Source: Nemertoderma westbladi
Taxonomy: Eukaryota > Animalia > Xenacoelomorpha
NCBI GenBank assembly: GCA_032718475.1
Contig: JAUCBJ010005427.1
Coordinates: forward strand, 6,211 to 70,210
Length of the DNA: 64,000 nucleotides
Direction: 5' to 3'
Below the pieces are notes generated by a model. That model saw nothing but the letters and a program-made list of their open reading frames with translations, was not told the origin of the DNA and did no database searches. Each line of letters begins with the position of its first letter. The stretch's first letter is position 1. Below, in pieces: positions 1-11,255 of this stretch. The position numbers and the translations under genes were made by a program.

Positions 1-206
1 TATAACTAACTAACTAAGTTATTAACTAACTAACTAACTAACTAACTTACTAACTAACTAACTAACTAACTAACTTAATAACTAACTAACTAACTTACTA
101 ACTAACTTACTTACTTACTAACTAACTAACTAGTAACTAACTAACTAAGTTACTAACTAACTAGTAACTAACTAACTAACTAACTTACTAACTAACTAAC
201 TAACTT

Positions 207-237
<31 letters not shown>

Positions 238-294
238 TAATAACTAACTAACTAACTTACTAACTAACTTACTTACTTACTAACTAACTAACTT

Positions 295-329
<35 letters not shown>

Positions 330-470
330 TACTAACTAACTTACTTACTTACTAACTAACTAACTTAATAACTAACTAACTAACTAACTAACTTACTAAC
401 TAACTTACTTCCTTACTAACTAACTAACTTACTAACTAACTAACTAACTATAACTAACTAACTAAGTTAT

Positions 471-505
<35 letters not shown>

Positions 506-752
506 TTAACTTACTAACTAACTAACTAACTAACTAACTTAATAACTAACTAACTAACTTACTAACTAACTTACTTACTTACTAACTAACTTACTTACTA
601 ACTAACTAACTTACTAACTAACTTACTTACTTACTAACTAACTAACTAACTAACTTAATAACTAACTAACTAACTTACTAACTAACTTACTTCCTTACTA
701 ACTAACTAACTTACTAACTAACTAACTAACTATAACTAACTAACTAAGTTAT

Positions 753-801
<49 letters not shown>

Positions 802-1192
802 TAATAACTAACTAACTAACTTACTAACTAACTTACTTACTTACTAACTAACTTACTTACTAACTAACTAACTAACTTACTAACTAACTAACTTACTTAC
901 TTACTAACTAACTAACTTACTAACTAACTAACACGCGGTCCTGGAGGTGTCTCGGGTTCGGGGACGGAGCTGGTCTGCGTGGGTCTGACTTACCAGATAA
1001 TTACTGATTTGGTGGTGGCATTCTTGCTATTCCTTGGTGGTGCGATTTTTAATTGCTTTTAATTGTTTGTTCGTTACTTTAATATTGTGTTATCCTGGAC
1101 CTATTGATTAAATATTTTGCATTAATTAATATTAATGAAGCCCCACTAACTAACTAACTAACTAACTAACTATAACTAACTAACTAAGTTAT

Positions 1193-1229
<37 letters not shown>

Positions 1230-1268
1230 TAATAACTAACTAACTAACTAACTAACTAACTACCTTAA

Positions 1269-1305
<37 letters not shown>

Positions 1306-1446
1306 TAATAACTAACTAACTAACTTAATAACTAACTTACTTACTTACTAACTAACTTACTTACTAACTAACTAACTAACTAACTAACTTAATAACTAAC
1401 TAACTAACTTACTAACTAACTTACTTCCTTACTAACTAACTAACTT

Positions 1447-1480
<34 letters not shown>

Positions 1481-1498
1481 ACTAACTAACTAAGTTAT

Positions 1499-1531
<33 letters not shown>

Positions 1532-1628
1532 TAATAACTAACTAACTAACTAACTTACTAACTAACTTACTTACTAACTAACTTACTTACTAACTAACTA
1601 ACTTACTAACTAACTAACTAACTTACTT

Positions 1629-1670
<42 letters not shown>

Positions 1671-1688
1671 ACTAACTAACTAAGTTAT

Positions 1689-1721
<33 letters not shown>

Positions 1722-2494
1722 TAATAACTAACTAACTAACTAACTAACTTAATAACTAACTAACTAACTTACTAACTTACTTACTTACTAACTAACTTAC
1801 TTACTTACTAACTAACTTACTAACTAACTAACTAACTAACTATAACTAACTAACTAAGTTATTAACTAACTAACTAACTAACTAACTAACTTAATAACTA
1901 ACTAACTAACTTACTAACTAACTTACTTACTTACTAACTAACTTACTAACTAACTAACTAACTAACTAACTATAACTAACTAACTAAGTTATTAACTAAC
2001 TAACTAACTAACTAACTTAATAACTAACTAACTAACTTACTAACTAACTTACTTACTTACTAACTAACTAACTTACTAACTAACTAACTAACTAACTAAC
2101 TTACTAACTAACTAACTTACTTACTTACTTACTAACTAACTAACTTACTAACTAACTAACTAACTAACTAACTATAACTAACTAACTAAGTTATTAACTA
2201 ACTAACTAACTTACTTACTTACTTACTTACTTACTAACTAACTAACTAACTAACCAACTAAGTTATTAACTAACTAACTAACTTACTTACTAACTAACTA
2301 ACTAACTAACTTACTTACTAACTAACTAACTTACTAACTAACTAACTAACTATAACTAACTAACTAAGTTATTAACTAACTAACTAACTTAATAACTAAC
2401 TAACTAACTTACTAACTTACTTACTTACTAACTAACTAACTAACTAACTAACTTACTAACTAACTAACTAACTTACTTACTTACTAACTAACTT

Positions 2495-2528
<34 letters not shown>

Positions 2529-2546
2529 ACTAACTAACTAAGTTAT

Positions 2547-2589
<43 letters not shown>

Positions 2590-2836
2590 TTAACTTAATA
2601 ACTAACTAACTAACTTACTAACTAACTTACTTACTTACTAACTAACTTACTTACTAACTAACTAACTAACTAACTTACTAACTAACTAACTTACTTACTT
2701 ACTTACTAACTAACTAACTAACTTACTAACTAACTAACTAACTAACTAACTATAACTAACTAACTAAGTTATTAACTATCTAACTAACTAACTAACTAAC
2801 TAACTTACTTACTAACTAACTAACTAACTAAGTTAT

Positions 2837-2873
<37 letters not shown>

Positions 2874-2992
2874 TACTTACTAACTAACTAACTAACTAAC
2901 TTACTAACTAACTAACTATAACTAACTAACTAAGTTATTAACTAACTAACTAACTAACTAACTTACTTACTAACTAACTAACTAACTAACTA
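1..2992 (+). repeat. (TAAC)n/(TTAC)n compound microsatellite with a recurring TATAACTAACTAACTAAGTTATTAAC landmark; runs off the left edge; intronic in YAP
   Basis: 4-bp periodicity seen directly; interrupted once by unique sequence at 933-1144. Confidence 0.97.
933..1144 (+). mobile_element. Unique 212-bp insert in the TAAC array, possibly the 3' UTR of a 5'-truncated non-LTR retroelement
   Basis: GC-rich start, then a T-rich stretch resembling 34525-34560; TAAC repeats on both sides; no ORF. Confidence 0.3.
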
Positions 2993-3020
2993 TATTTATT
3001 AAAAGATTTCATTTCCGCAG

Positions 3021-3360
3021 GAAGTCTATGCTTGCGACCATTCAACGCGAACGGGAACAGCTGACGAGCAAAACCCGGCGGTTAATAGAGGCTGAGATGA
3101 AACTGAGAATGGAGTTGGAATCCCAGACAAGCATTGGGTCTCCCCAACAGCACCACATGGGGTCTCCCCAACACCACCACTTGGGTTCCCCCCAACAGCA
3201 CCACATGGGCTCCCCCCAACAACACCAGAGTCCTTTCCACTCGCCTCAGCTGTCCCAAACAGCGTTATTTAAACCAGTCCCGCAACATCAGCAAACTCTC
3301 TTACAACCGGTAGTTTCTCTGGGCCATCAACTTACTCCACAGCAGTCTCCAATACAACAG
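3021..3360 (+). CDS. YAP1: YAP/Yorkie internal exon: coiled coil plus Gln/His/Pro-rich region
   Basis: Acceptor tttccgcag|3021 and donor CAG|gttatt at 3361 (phase 0); MLATIQREREQLTSKTRRLIEAEMKLRMELESQ resembles the YAP post-WW coiled coil; splices in frame to the next exon. Confidence 0.85.
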
Positions 3361-3526
3361 GTTATTATATATTTGTTATTGTTTAAACGTTACCCAGGCT
3401 ATTTTAGTTAGACTTTATTGGTGTATCAATCGCAACTAAACTGAAACTAAACATAACAAAACAAGGTTACTATCATTTGTTAAAATTAGGCAAATTTCTA
3501 AACATATTTAATGTATTTTTTATCAG

Positions 3527-3817
3527 CTGCAACAGTTTGCTGTGGAACGCATAGACCAACAGGGAATGCAAGGCATAGCGACTAGTAACCAAGGCAACCA
3601 ATACAGCGACCAAGCGATGTCCATGACCAACGGCACCGTTCAGTACATGGACCAGGCGTCGTCATCGTTACTGGTGAACAACATTCCGTTCCACGCTCGA
3701 CAGGAGTCGGGGGACAGCGGGTTGAGCGTGGGCGGGTACAGATCCGAAGGGGTTCACATCGCCAACGAACCCATGTCTGTGGGCGGAACCCCCATGGACG
3801 TAGAAGTCGACTCACCT
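3527..3817 (+). CDS. YAP1: YAP/Yorkie exon with LATS site and beta-TrCP phosphodegron
   Basis: Acceptor tttttttatcag|3527 and donor CCT|gtgagt at 3818 (phase 0); FHARQESGDSGLSVGGY matches human YAP HSRDESTDSGLSMSSY (HxRxxS plus DSGxS). Confidence 0.9.
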
Positions 3818-3864
3818 GTGAGTAGCATAGAGCTCTATCGGGTACAGTAATTGGGGTTGAATAA

Positions 3865-6800
3865 TAATAAATCACCCATATATAGCGCGCGTATCCCAAA
3901 TATCGGTTCTAAAGCGCTGTTAATGAGTTCGAAACGTTGTCAGATCAGTGGCGGTTCGAGTTTGAAAATGGAGAAAATGGGACGTGTTTCTTAGTTTCTA
4001 GAAAGTCGCTAAGTTGCACGCCAACATGTTTCTCAGTTTCTAGAAAGTCGCTAAGTTGCACGCCAACATGTTTCTCAGTTTCTAGAAAGTCGCTAAGTTG
4101 CTCGCCAACATGTTTCTCAGTTTCTAGAAAGTCGCTAAGTTGCACGCCAACATGTTTCTCAGTTTCTAGAAAGTCGCTAAGTTGCACGCCAACATGTTTC
4201 TCAGTTTCTAGAAAGTCGCTAAGTTGCACGCCAACATGTTTCTCAGTTTCTAGAAAGTCGCTAAGTTGCACGCCAACATGTTTCTCAGTTTCTAGAAAGT
4301 CGCTAAGTTGCACGCCAACATGTTTCTCAGTTTCTAGAAAGTCGCTAAGTTGCTCGCCAACATGTTTCTCAGTTTCTAGAAAGTCGCTAAGTTGCTCGCC
4401 AACATGTTTCTCAGTTTCTAGAAAGTCGCTAAGTTGCTCGCCAACATGTTTCTCAGTTTCTAGAAAGTCGCTAAGTTGCTCGCCAACATGTTTCTCAGTT
4501 TCTAGAAAGTCGCTAAGTTGCTCGCCAACATGTTTCTCAGTTTCTAGAAAGTCGCTAAGTTGCACGCCAACATGTTTCTCAGTTTCTAGAAAGTCGCTAA
4601 GTTGCACGCCAACATGTTTCTCAGTTTCTAGAAAGTCGCTAAGTTGCACGCCAACATGTTTCTCAGTTTCTAGAAAGTCGCTAAGTTGCACGCCAACATG
4701 TTTCTCAGTTTCTAGAAAGTCGCTAAGTTGCTCGCCAACATGTTTCTCAGTTTCTAGAAAGTCGCTAAGTTGCACGCCAACATGTTTCTCAGTTTCTAGA
4801 AAGTCGCTAAGTTGCACGCCAACATGTTTCTCAGTTTCTAGAAAGTCGCTAAGTTGCTCGCCAACATGTTTCTCAGTTTCTAGAAAGTCGCTAAGTTGCT
4901 CGCCAACATGTTTCTCAGTTTCTAGAAAGTCGCTAAGTTGCACGCCAACATGTTTCTCAGTTTCTAGAAAGTCGCTAAGTTGCACGCCAACATGTTTCTC
5001 AGTTTCTAGAAAGTCGCTAAGTTGCACGCCAACATGTTTCTCAGTTTCTAGAAAGTCGCTAAGTTGCTCGCCAACATGTTTCTCAGTTTCTAGAAAGTCG
5101 CTAAGTTGCACGCCAACATGTTTCTCAGTTTCTAGAAAGTCGCTAAGTTGCACGCCAACATGTTTCTCAGTTTCTAGAAAGTCGCTAAGTTGCTCGCCAA
5201 CATGTTTCTCAGTTTCTAGAAAGTCGCTAAGTTGCACGCCAACATGTTTCTCAGTTTCTAGAAAGTCGCTAAGTTGCACGCCAACATGTTTCTCAGTTTC
5301 TAGAAAGTCGCTAAGTTGCACGCCAACATGTTTCTCAGTTTCTAGAAAGTCGCTAAGTTGCACGCCAACATGTTTCTCAGTTTCTAGAAAGTCGCTAAGT
5401 TGCACGCCAACACGTTTCTCAGTTTCTAGAAAGTCGCTAAGTTGCACGCCAACATGCTTCTCAGTTTCTAGAAAGTCGCTAAGTTGCACGCCAACATGTT
5501 TCTCAGTTTCTAGAAAGTCGCTAAGTTGCACGCCAACACGTTTCTCAGTTTCTAGAAAGTCGCTAAGTTGCACGCCAACACGTTTCTCAGTTTCTAGAAA
5601 GTCGCTAAGTTGCACGCCAACATGCTTCTCAGTTTCTAGAAAGTCGCTAAGTTGCACGCCAACATGTTTCTCAGTTTCTAGAAAGTCGCTAAGTTGCATG
5701 CTAACATGTTTCTCAGTTTCTAGAAAGTCGCTAAGTTGCACGCCAACATGTTTCTCAGTTTCTAGAAAGTCGCTAAGTTGCACGCCAACATGTTTCTCAG
5801 TTTCTAGAAAGTCGCTAAGTTGCACGCCAACATGTTTCTCAGTTTCTAGAAAGTCGCTAAGTTGCACGCCAACATGTTTCTCAGTTTCTAGAAAGTCGCT
5901 AAGTTGCACGCCAACATGTTTCTCAGTTTCTAGAAAGTCGCTAAGTTGCACGCCAACATGTTTCTCAGTTTCTAGAAAGTCGCTAAGTTGCACGCCAACA
6001 TGTTTCTCAGTTTCTAGAAAGTCGCTAAGTTGCACGCCAACATGTTTCTCAGTTTCTAGAAAGTCGCTAAGTTGCACGCCAACATGTTTCTCAGTTTCTA
6101 GAAAGTCGCTAAGTTGCTCGCCAACATGTTTCTCAGTTTCTAGAAAGTCGCTAAGTTGCATGCTAACATGTTTCTCAGTTTCTAGAAAGTCGCTAAGTTG
6201 CACGCCAACATGTTTCTCAGTTTCTAGAAAGTCGCTAAGTTGCACGCCAACATGTTTCTCAGTTTCTAGAAAGTCGCTAAGTTGCACGCCAACATGTTTC
6301 TCAGTTTCTAGAAAGTCGCTAAGTTGCACGCCAACATGTTTCTCAGTTTCTAGAAAGTCGCTAAGTTGCACGCCAACATGTTTCTCAGTTTCTAGAAAGT
6401 CGCTAAGTTGCACGCCAACATGTTTCTCAGTTTCTAGAAAGTCGCTAAGTTGCATGCTAACATGTTTCTCAGTTTCTAGAAAGTCGCTAAGTTGCACGCC
6501 AACATGTTTCTCAGTTTCTAGAAAGTCGCTAAGTTGCACGCCAACATGTTTCTCAGTTTCTAGAAAGTCGCTAAGTTGCACGCCAACATGTTTCTCAGTT
6601 TCTAGAAAGTCGCTAAGTTGCATGCTAACATGTTTCTCAGTTTCTAGAAAGTCGCTAAGTTGCACGCCAACATGTTTCTCAGTTTCTAGAAAGTCGCTAA
6701 GTTGCACGCCAACATGTTTCTCAGTTTCTAGAAAGTCGCTAAGTTGCACGCCAACATGTTTCTCAGTTTCTAGAAAGTCGCTAAGTTGCACGCCAACATG

Positions 6801-8870
6801 TTTCTCAGTTTCTAGAAAGTCGCTAAGTTGCACGCCAACATGTTTCTCAGTTTCTAGAAAGTCGCTAAGTTGCACGCCAACATGTTTCTCAGTTTCTAGA
6901 AAGTCGCTAAGTTGCACGCCAACATGTTTCTCAGTTTCTAGAAAGTCGCTAAGTTGCATGCTAACATGTTTCTCAGTTTCTAGAAAGTCGCTAAGTTGCA
7001 CGCCAACATGTTTCTCAGTTTCTAGAAAGTCGCTAAGTTGCACGCCAACATGTTTCTCAGTTTCTAGAAAGTCGCTAAGTTGCACGCCAACATGTTTCTC
7101 AGTTTCTAGAAAGTCGCTAAGTTGCACGCCAACATGTTTCTCAGTTTCTAGAAAGTCGCTAAGTTGCACGCCAACATGTTTCTCAGTTTCTAGAAAGTCG
7201 CTAAGTTGCACGCCAACATGTTTCTCAGTTTCTAGAAAGTCGCTAAGTTGCACGCCAACATGTTTCTCAGTTTCTAGAAAGTCGCTAAGTTGCACGCCAA
7301 CATGTTTCTCAGTTTCTAGAAAGTCGCTAAGTTGCTCGCCAACATGTTTCTCGGTTTCTAGAAAGTCGCTAAGTTGCATGCTAACATGTTTCTCAGTTTC
7401 GAGAAAGTCGCTAAGTTGCACGCAACATGTTTCTCAGTTTCTAGAAAGTCGCTAAGTTGCACGCCAACATGTTTCTCAGTTTCTAGAAAGTCGCTAAGTT
7501 GCACGCCAACATGTTTCTCAGTTTCTAGAAAGTCGCTAAGTTGCACGCCAACATGTTTCTCAGTTTCTAGAAAGTCGCTAAGTTGCACGCCAACATGTTT
7601 CTCAGTTTCTAGAAAGTCGCTAAGTTGCACGCCAACATGTTTCTCAGTTTCTAGAAAGTCGCTAAGTTGCACGCCAACATGTTTCTCAGTTTCTAGAAAG
7701 TCGCCAAGTTGCTCGCCAACATGTTTCTCAGTTTCTAGAAAGTCGCTAAGTTGCACGCCAACATGTTTCTCAGTTTCTAGAAAGTCGCTAAGTTGCACGC
7801 CAACATGTTTCTCAGTTTCTAGAAAGTCGCCAAGTTGCACGCCAACATGTTTCTCAGTTTCTAGAAAGTCGCTAAGTTGCTCGCCAACATGTTTCTCGGT
7901 TTCTAGAAAGTCGCTAAGTTGCATGCTAACATGTTTCTCAGTTTCGAGAAAGTCGCTAAGTTGCACGCAACATGTTTCTCAGTTTCTAGTAAGTCGCTAA
8001 GTTGCTCGCCAACATGTTTCTCAGTTTCTAGAAAGTCGCTAAGTTGCACGCCAACATGTTTCTCAGTTTCTTGAAAGTCGCTAAGTTGCACGCCAACACG
8101 TTTCTCAGTTTCTAGAAAGTCGCTAAGTTGCACGCCAACATGTTTCTCAGTTTCTAGAAAGTCGCTAAGTTGCACGCTAACATGTTTCTCAGTTTCTAGA
8201 AAGTCGCCAAGTTGCACGCCAACATGTTTCTCAGTTTCTAGAAAGTCGCTAAGTTGCACGCCAACATGTTTCTCAATGACTTTGGACTAAAATTCCAAAC
8301 TACGCTATTAAGCAGAGACCGAAGTGTTTCTCATTGTTTACCGTTAGTTGGAAATTCTCCAAGTATGAGTGATGCTTTCACAACTTCGTTGACTATATAA
8401 TAGGTAGCTGTTGACACCTTCTTTGGTATAGGGTCTGTCTGGTCTAACGTGTATGATGTTGGGTTTATTAGTGAAAGGATCTTTGTGGTATTTTGTTTCG
8501 CATTATTGTTTTAATTCCGCGGTAAACCAGGTTGTTCTGGCGTAACTTTATCCGAGATGGCAGTGTTGTAGTCATCATAGTTCCAATGCTGATGTCCCAT
8601 TTAATTTCTGAAAGTAGATGTTCCAGCATCTGTGAATCACAGGAATTCCATTTCCTTGTGCTTATAGTTTCTCATTGGGAGTAGGAGAATCCTTACGGTG
8701 AGATTTCATGGAAATATTGAGATAGAAAGTCATGTAAATGGTCGGGGTACGTAGTTTGTATCAACATAGAGTTGGTGTTTCCTCTCTAAATCAATGTGTG
8801 TGATAATGACATTGTATAACCAGCGCGATGTGTTGGTTGGTGTAGAAATTGTGTAAGACATAATAATAAT
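3865..8870 (-). mobile_element. Decayed L2/CR1-clade LINE ORF2 (RT N-terminal part), split by the 42-bp satellite
   Basis: Minus-strand translation: TKILSLINPTSYTLD..DPIPKK..IVNEVVKASLILGEFP (about 8345-8490), SLEF*SKVIEKHVGVQLSDFLET (about 8235-8300) and LEPIFGIRAL (about 3880-3915), colinear with L2/CR1 RT motifs; contains stops and frameshifts; outer limits approximate. Confidence 0.75.
3985..8276. repeat. 42-bp satellite GTTTCTCAGTTTCTAGAAAGTCGCTAAGTTGCACGCCAACAT, about 102 copies
   Basis: Near-perfect tandem array; variants CACG/CTCG/CATG; two 41-bp deletion units near 7421 and 7966. Confidence 0.98.
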
Positions 8871-8923
8871 ATTTCTATAATATTATTAAAGCGTTCTATA
8901 GGATGCGAACTTTGTATCTCATT

Positions 8924-9649
8924 TACACCACGACCCGTAATTTAGTGTCATTTTCTGATGATTTTCAGAATTTTCTACAAATCTTTATCATATTGTTTTA
9001 GGTTTGAAACATAATCAGTTCAATGAAGCCGAATGGTTGACCCCATGAAGCCGGAATACCCGATATTTTTTATGGGCGTTTTTAAAAAGTGTCTATTGTG
9101 AAATCGGATCATCCGTAATAGAAAGCTTGCGTTGCAAGGATTCAAAATATGTAACAATATCTGAAGTTGAGAAACAGCTGAGATATAGGCGTTCAAATAT
9201 TGCTAGAACGGTCAATCGCTGTGTAGGCCATTTGAGAATTGAATAAAAATACACAAAATTCTAGAATTTGTTATTTGTTTTATATTCAATAATTCTTGCA
9301 ATCTTTGAACGCCTATCTCAGCTGTTTCTCAACGAAATTCAGATATTGTTACATATTTGGAATCCTTGCAACGCAAGCTTTCTAATGATATGAAATGATA
9401 CGACTAAAGTGAAGAATGGCAATGATACAGAGGGTGCGATTTCGCAAAAGACACTTTTTTAAAACACTTATAAATATTTTAAAGGCGAAATCGAAAATTC
9501 CGGCTCCATGGTAACAACCACGGTGAGTTGAACTAGTTGTGTTTCAAATTTCAAGCAATATGATAAAGATTTGTAGAAAAATTTGGGGGGGGGGGGGGGG
9601 GTCCGTGTCATCAGAAAATGACACTATATTACCGGTCATGCATGATGTA
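8924..9649. mobile_element. Palindromic MITE/foldback of about 725 bp with TA flanks
   Basis: Long imperfect inverted arms, e.g. TAGTGTCATTTTCTGATGA / TCATCAGAAAATGACACTA and GAAAGCTTGCGTTGCAAGGATTC / GAATCCTTGCAACGCAAGCTTTC. Confidence 0.85.
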
Positions 9650-9834
9650 TATGTTTAAATCCCCAAGAACAATGGTGTTGACTGATGAGTTGATGTACCA
9701 TAGAATTTGAAATATTTTTAATCAGTTAATCAATAATTAGTATTTCAATATCATAAGTCAGTCAGAACTAACTATCTTTAAATAAAACTGTCGTTAGCTA
9801 ATCCAACTAACTATTTGAGCGACTAACATTATGT

Positions 9835-10045
9835 CTTATATATATATATTGTCAATATATATAATATATTTTCCCAAGTTACCTTAGTTCTTTCCCATTT
9901 ATCGACCAGTTAAGAATGAAAGCCAGGGCTAGGCTAGGCTGCAGCTATAACGCACTGTGCCCAAACAGTGTTGCCCCATCTAGGGATCGAACCAGGGCCT
10001 CCTGATCTGAAGCCCAAGAATATAACGACTAGACAAAGATCTAAT
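9835..10045 (-). mobile_element. Probable tRNA-derived SINE
   Basis: Minus strand reads TGTCTAGTCGTTAT (A-box-like) ... GGCCCTGGTTCGATCCC (B box/T arm), then a body with GATAAATGGG and an AT-repeat tail; cloverleaf is imperfect. Confidence 0.5.
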
Positions 10046-10104
10046 GATCTAATGGTAAGTAATGGAATAGCACGGGATATATTAATCGCTTTATCTCCCT
10101 ACAG

Positions 10105-10239
10105 ATGGACCCAAAAATTATCGCCTGTGTTAACGACGAACTGAGCAACGAGTTACTCGACCAGGTTGAACAGATAATGCGTAACGAAGGGATTACAACC
10201 CAACCCTCACCGGCTAACTGTCTAGACGAGTGGCTGTAA
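10105..10239 (+). CDS. YAP1: YAP/Yorkie terminal coding exon (MDPKIIACVNDELSNELLDQVEQIMRNEGITTQPSPANCLDEWL*), absent from the ORF track
   Basis: Acceptor ttatctccctacag|10105 in phase 0, matching the 3817 donor; acidic helix ELSNELLDQVEQIM and terminal WL resemble the YAP end (LSSDILNDMESVL...FLTWL); TAA at 10237-10239. Confidence 0.85.
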   Translation: MDPKIIACVNDELSNELLDQVEQIMRNEGITTQPSPANCLDEWL

Positions 10240-10624
10240 CGTAGTGACCTCGGACTGCTATTGTATTATATACCCATACGGGGCTGTGCTTGAGTAACCA
10301 TATTGTGTAGTAATACCGACAACTCGTAATAATACAAAGTAATTTATATGATTCCCTTTTATTCGACCGCGAGGAGCGCCATCCTCCGGTAACAATCCGC
10401 ACAGGTTAGTTGCTACAAGTATTTCTAGAATTATCAATATATATCCGGGAGTATTTAGTTATATAGAAAGGAATACCGATGAATATTAAATTAGCAAATT
10501 TATAATGGAAAATATTATTATTAGCCCAAATTACAAATAATATTCCAGATTCCAGACTCTATGAAAATGTTTAAAGATTTAAATTTCATCCCAATTATTT
10601 TGACGATTTTTACCGCATTCGGAC

Positions 10625-10630
10625 AATAAA
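10625..10630 (+). terminator. Candidate poly(A) signal for YAP
   Basis: AATAAA about 385 nt after the stop codon, with T-rich sequence downstream. Confidence 0.35.
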
Positions 10631-11255
10631 TAATGAGTTTATGATGCCGGGGGGGGGGGGGGGGGGTCTAATATTCAGCTGTATTCTCATTGGATTATTA
10701 ATAATTGCATGGAGTTTATTTTGTACATTTAATTATCGAATTAATTATTTATGTTTGTTGATATTTAATGTTATTTACATTTCGTTTTATTAATTATTGT
10801 GAATTTCTATATTTTCATAAAACTGTAAATTGAGTGTGATTGCCTTAATTTATTATTTAATATTTTTAATTTTTTGTTTTCCCTGAGGTATTTTATTCCG
10901 AATTATCGTATTAAGAAATCCCAACTGATAATTAATTACTTTCAGTTTTAGGTAATTTCATTAAAACCGCCGCGTCTTTCTTTATCCGGTCGCCGGTGGC
11001 AACGAGATAGATTTAATGAAATATTATTTCTAATTTTATCCCAATTTAACAAACTCACACAAAATTAGATTTTAAATCGTGTTGATTTATAGTTTTATTA
11101 TTAATTGTTATTAACCAACCCAACCTCCAACCTCGCCCTCCTTTAAGCCCAAATATAACGCTAACTATAATAACCAAATATAAATTCATTTAACACAAAC
11201 ACAATAAACGACGCATTTAAATATTTTAAACGCACTCATTCTTATAATATAGTGC

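Noticed and set aside
3582-3899. 105-aa minus-strand ORF
   Set aside because: Antisense shadow of the YAP exon; only its first residues overlap the LINE remnant
3918-3945. Minimal hammerhead-like TAATGAG..CGAAAC
   Set aside because: Lacks the CTGANGA core and flanking stems; better explained as decayed LINE sequence
3937-8259. ORFs of 1172 aa (+), 1158 aa (-) and shorter ones over the 42-bp array
   Set aside because: Produced by a stop-free 42-bp unit; the minus frame is open because it derives from LINE RT codons; intronic and broken by 1-bp deletions
9974-10045. Functional tRNA gene on - with a possible TCA anticodon
   Set aside because: Acceptor and anticodon stems pair poorly and the sequence continues into a SINE-like body and tail
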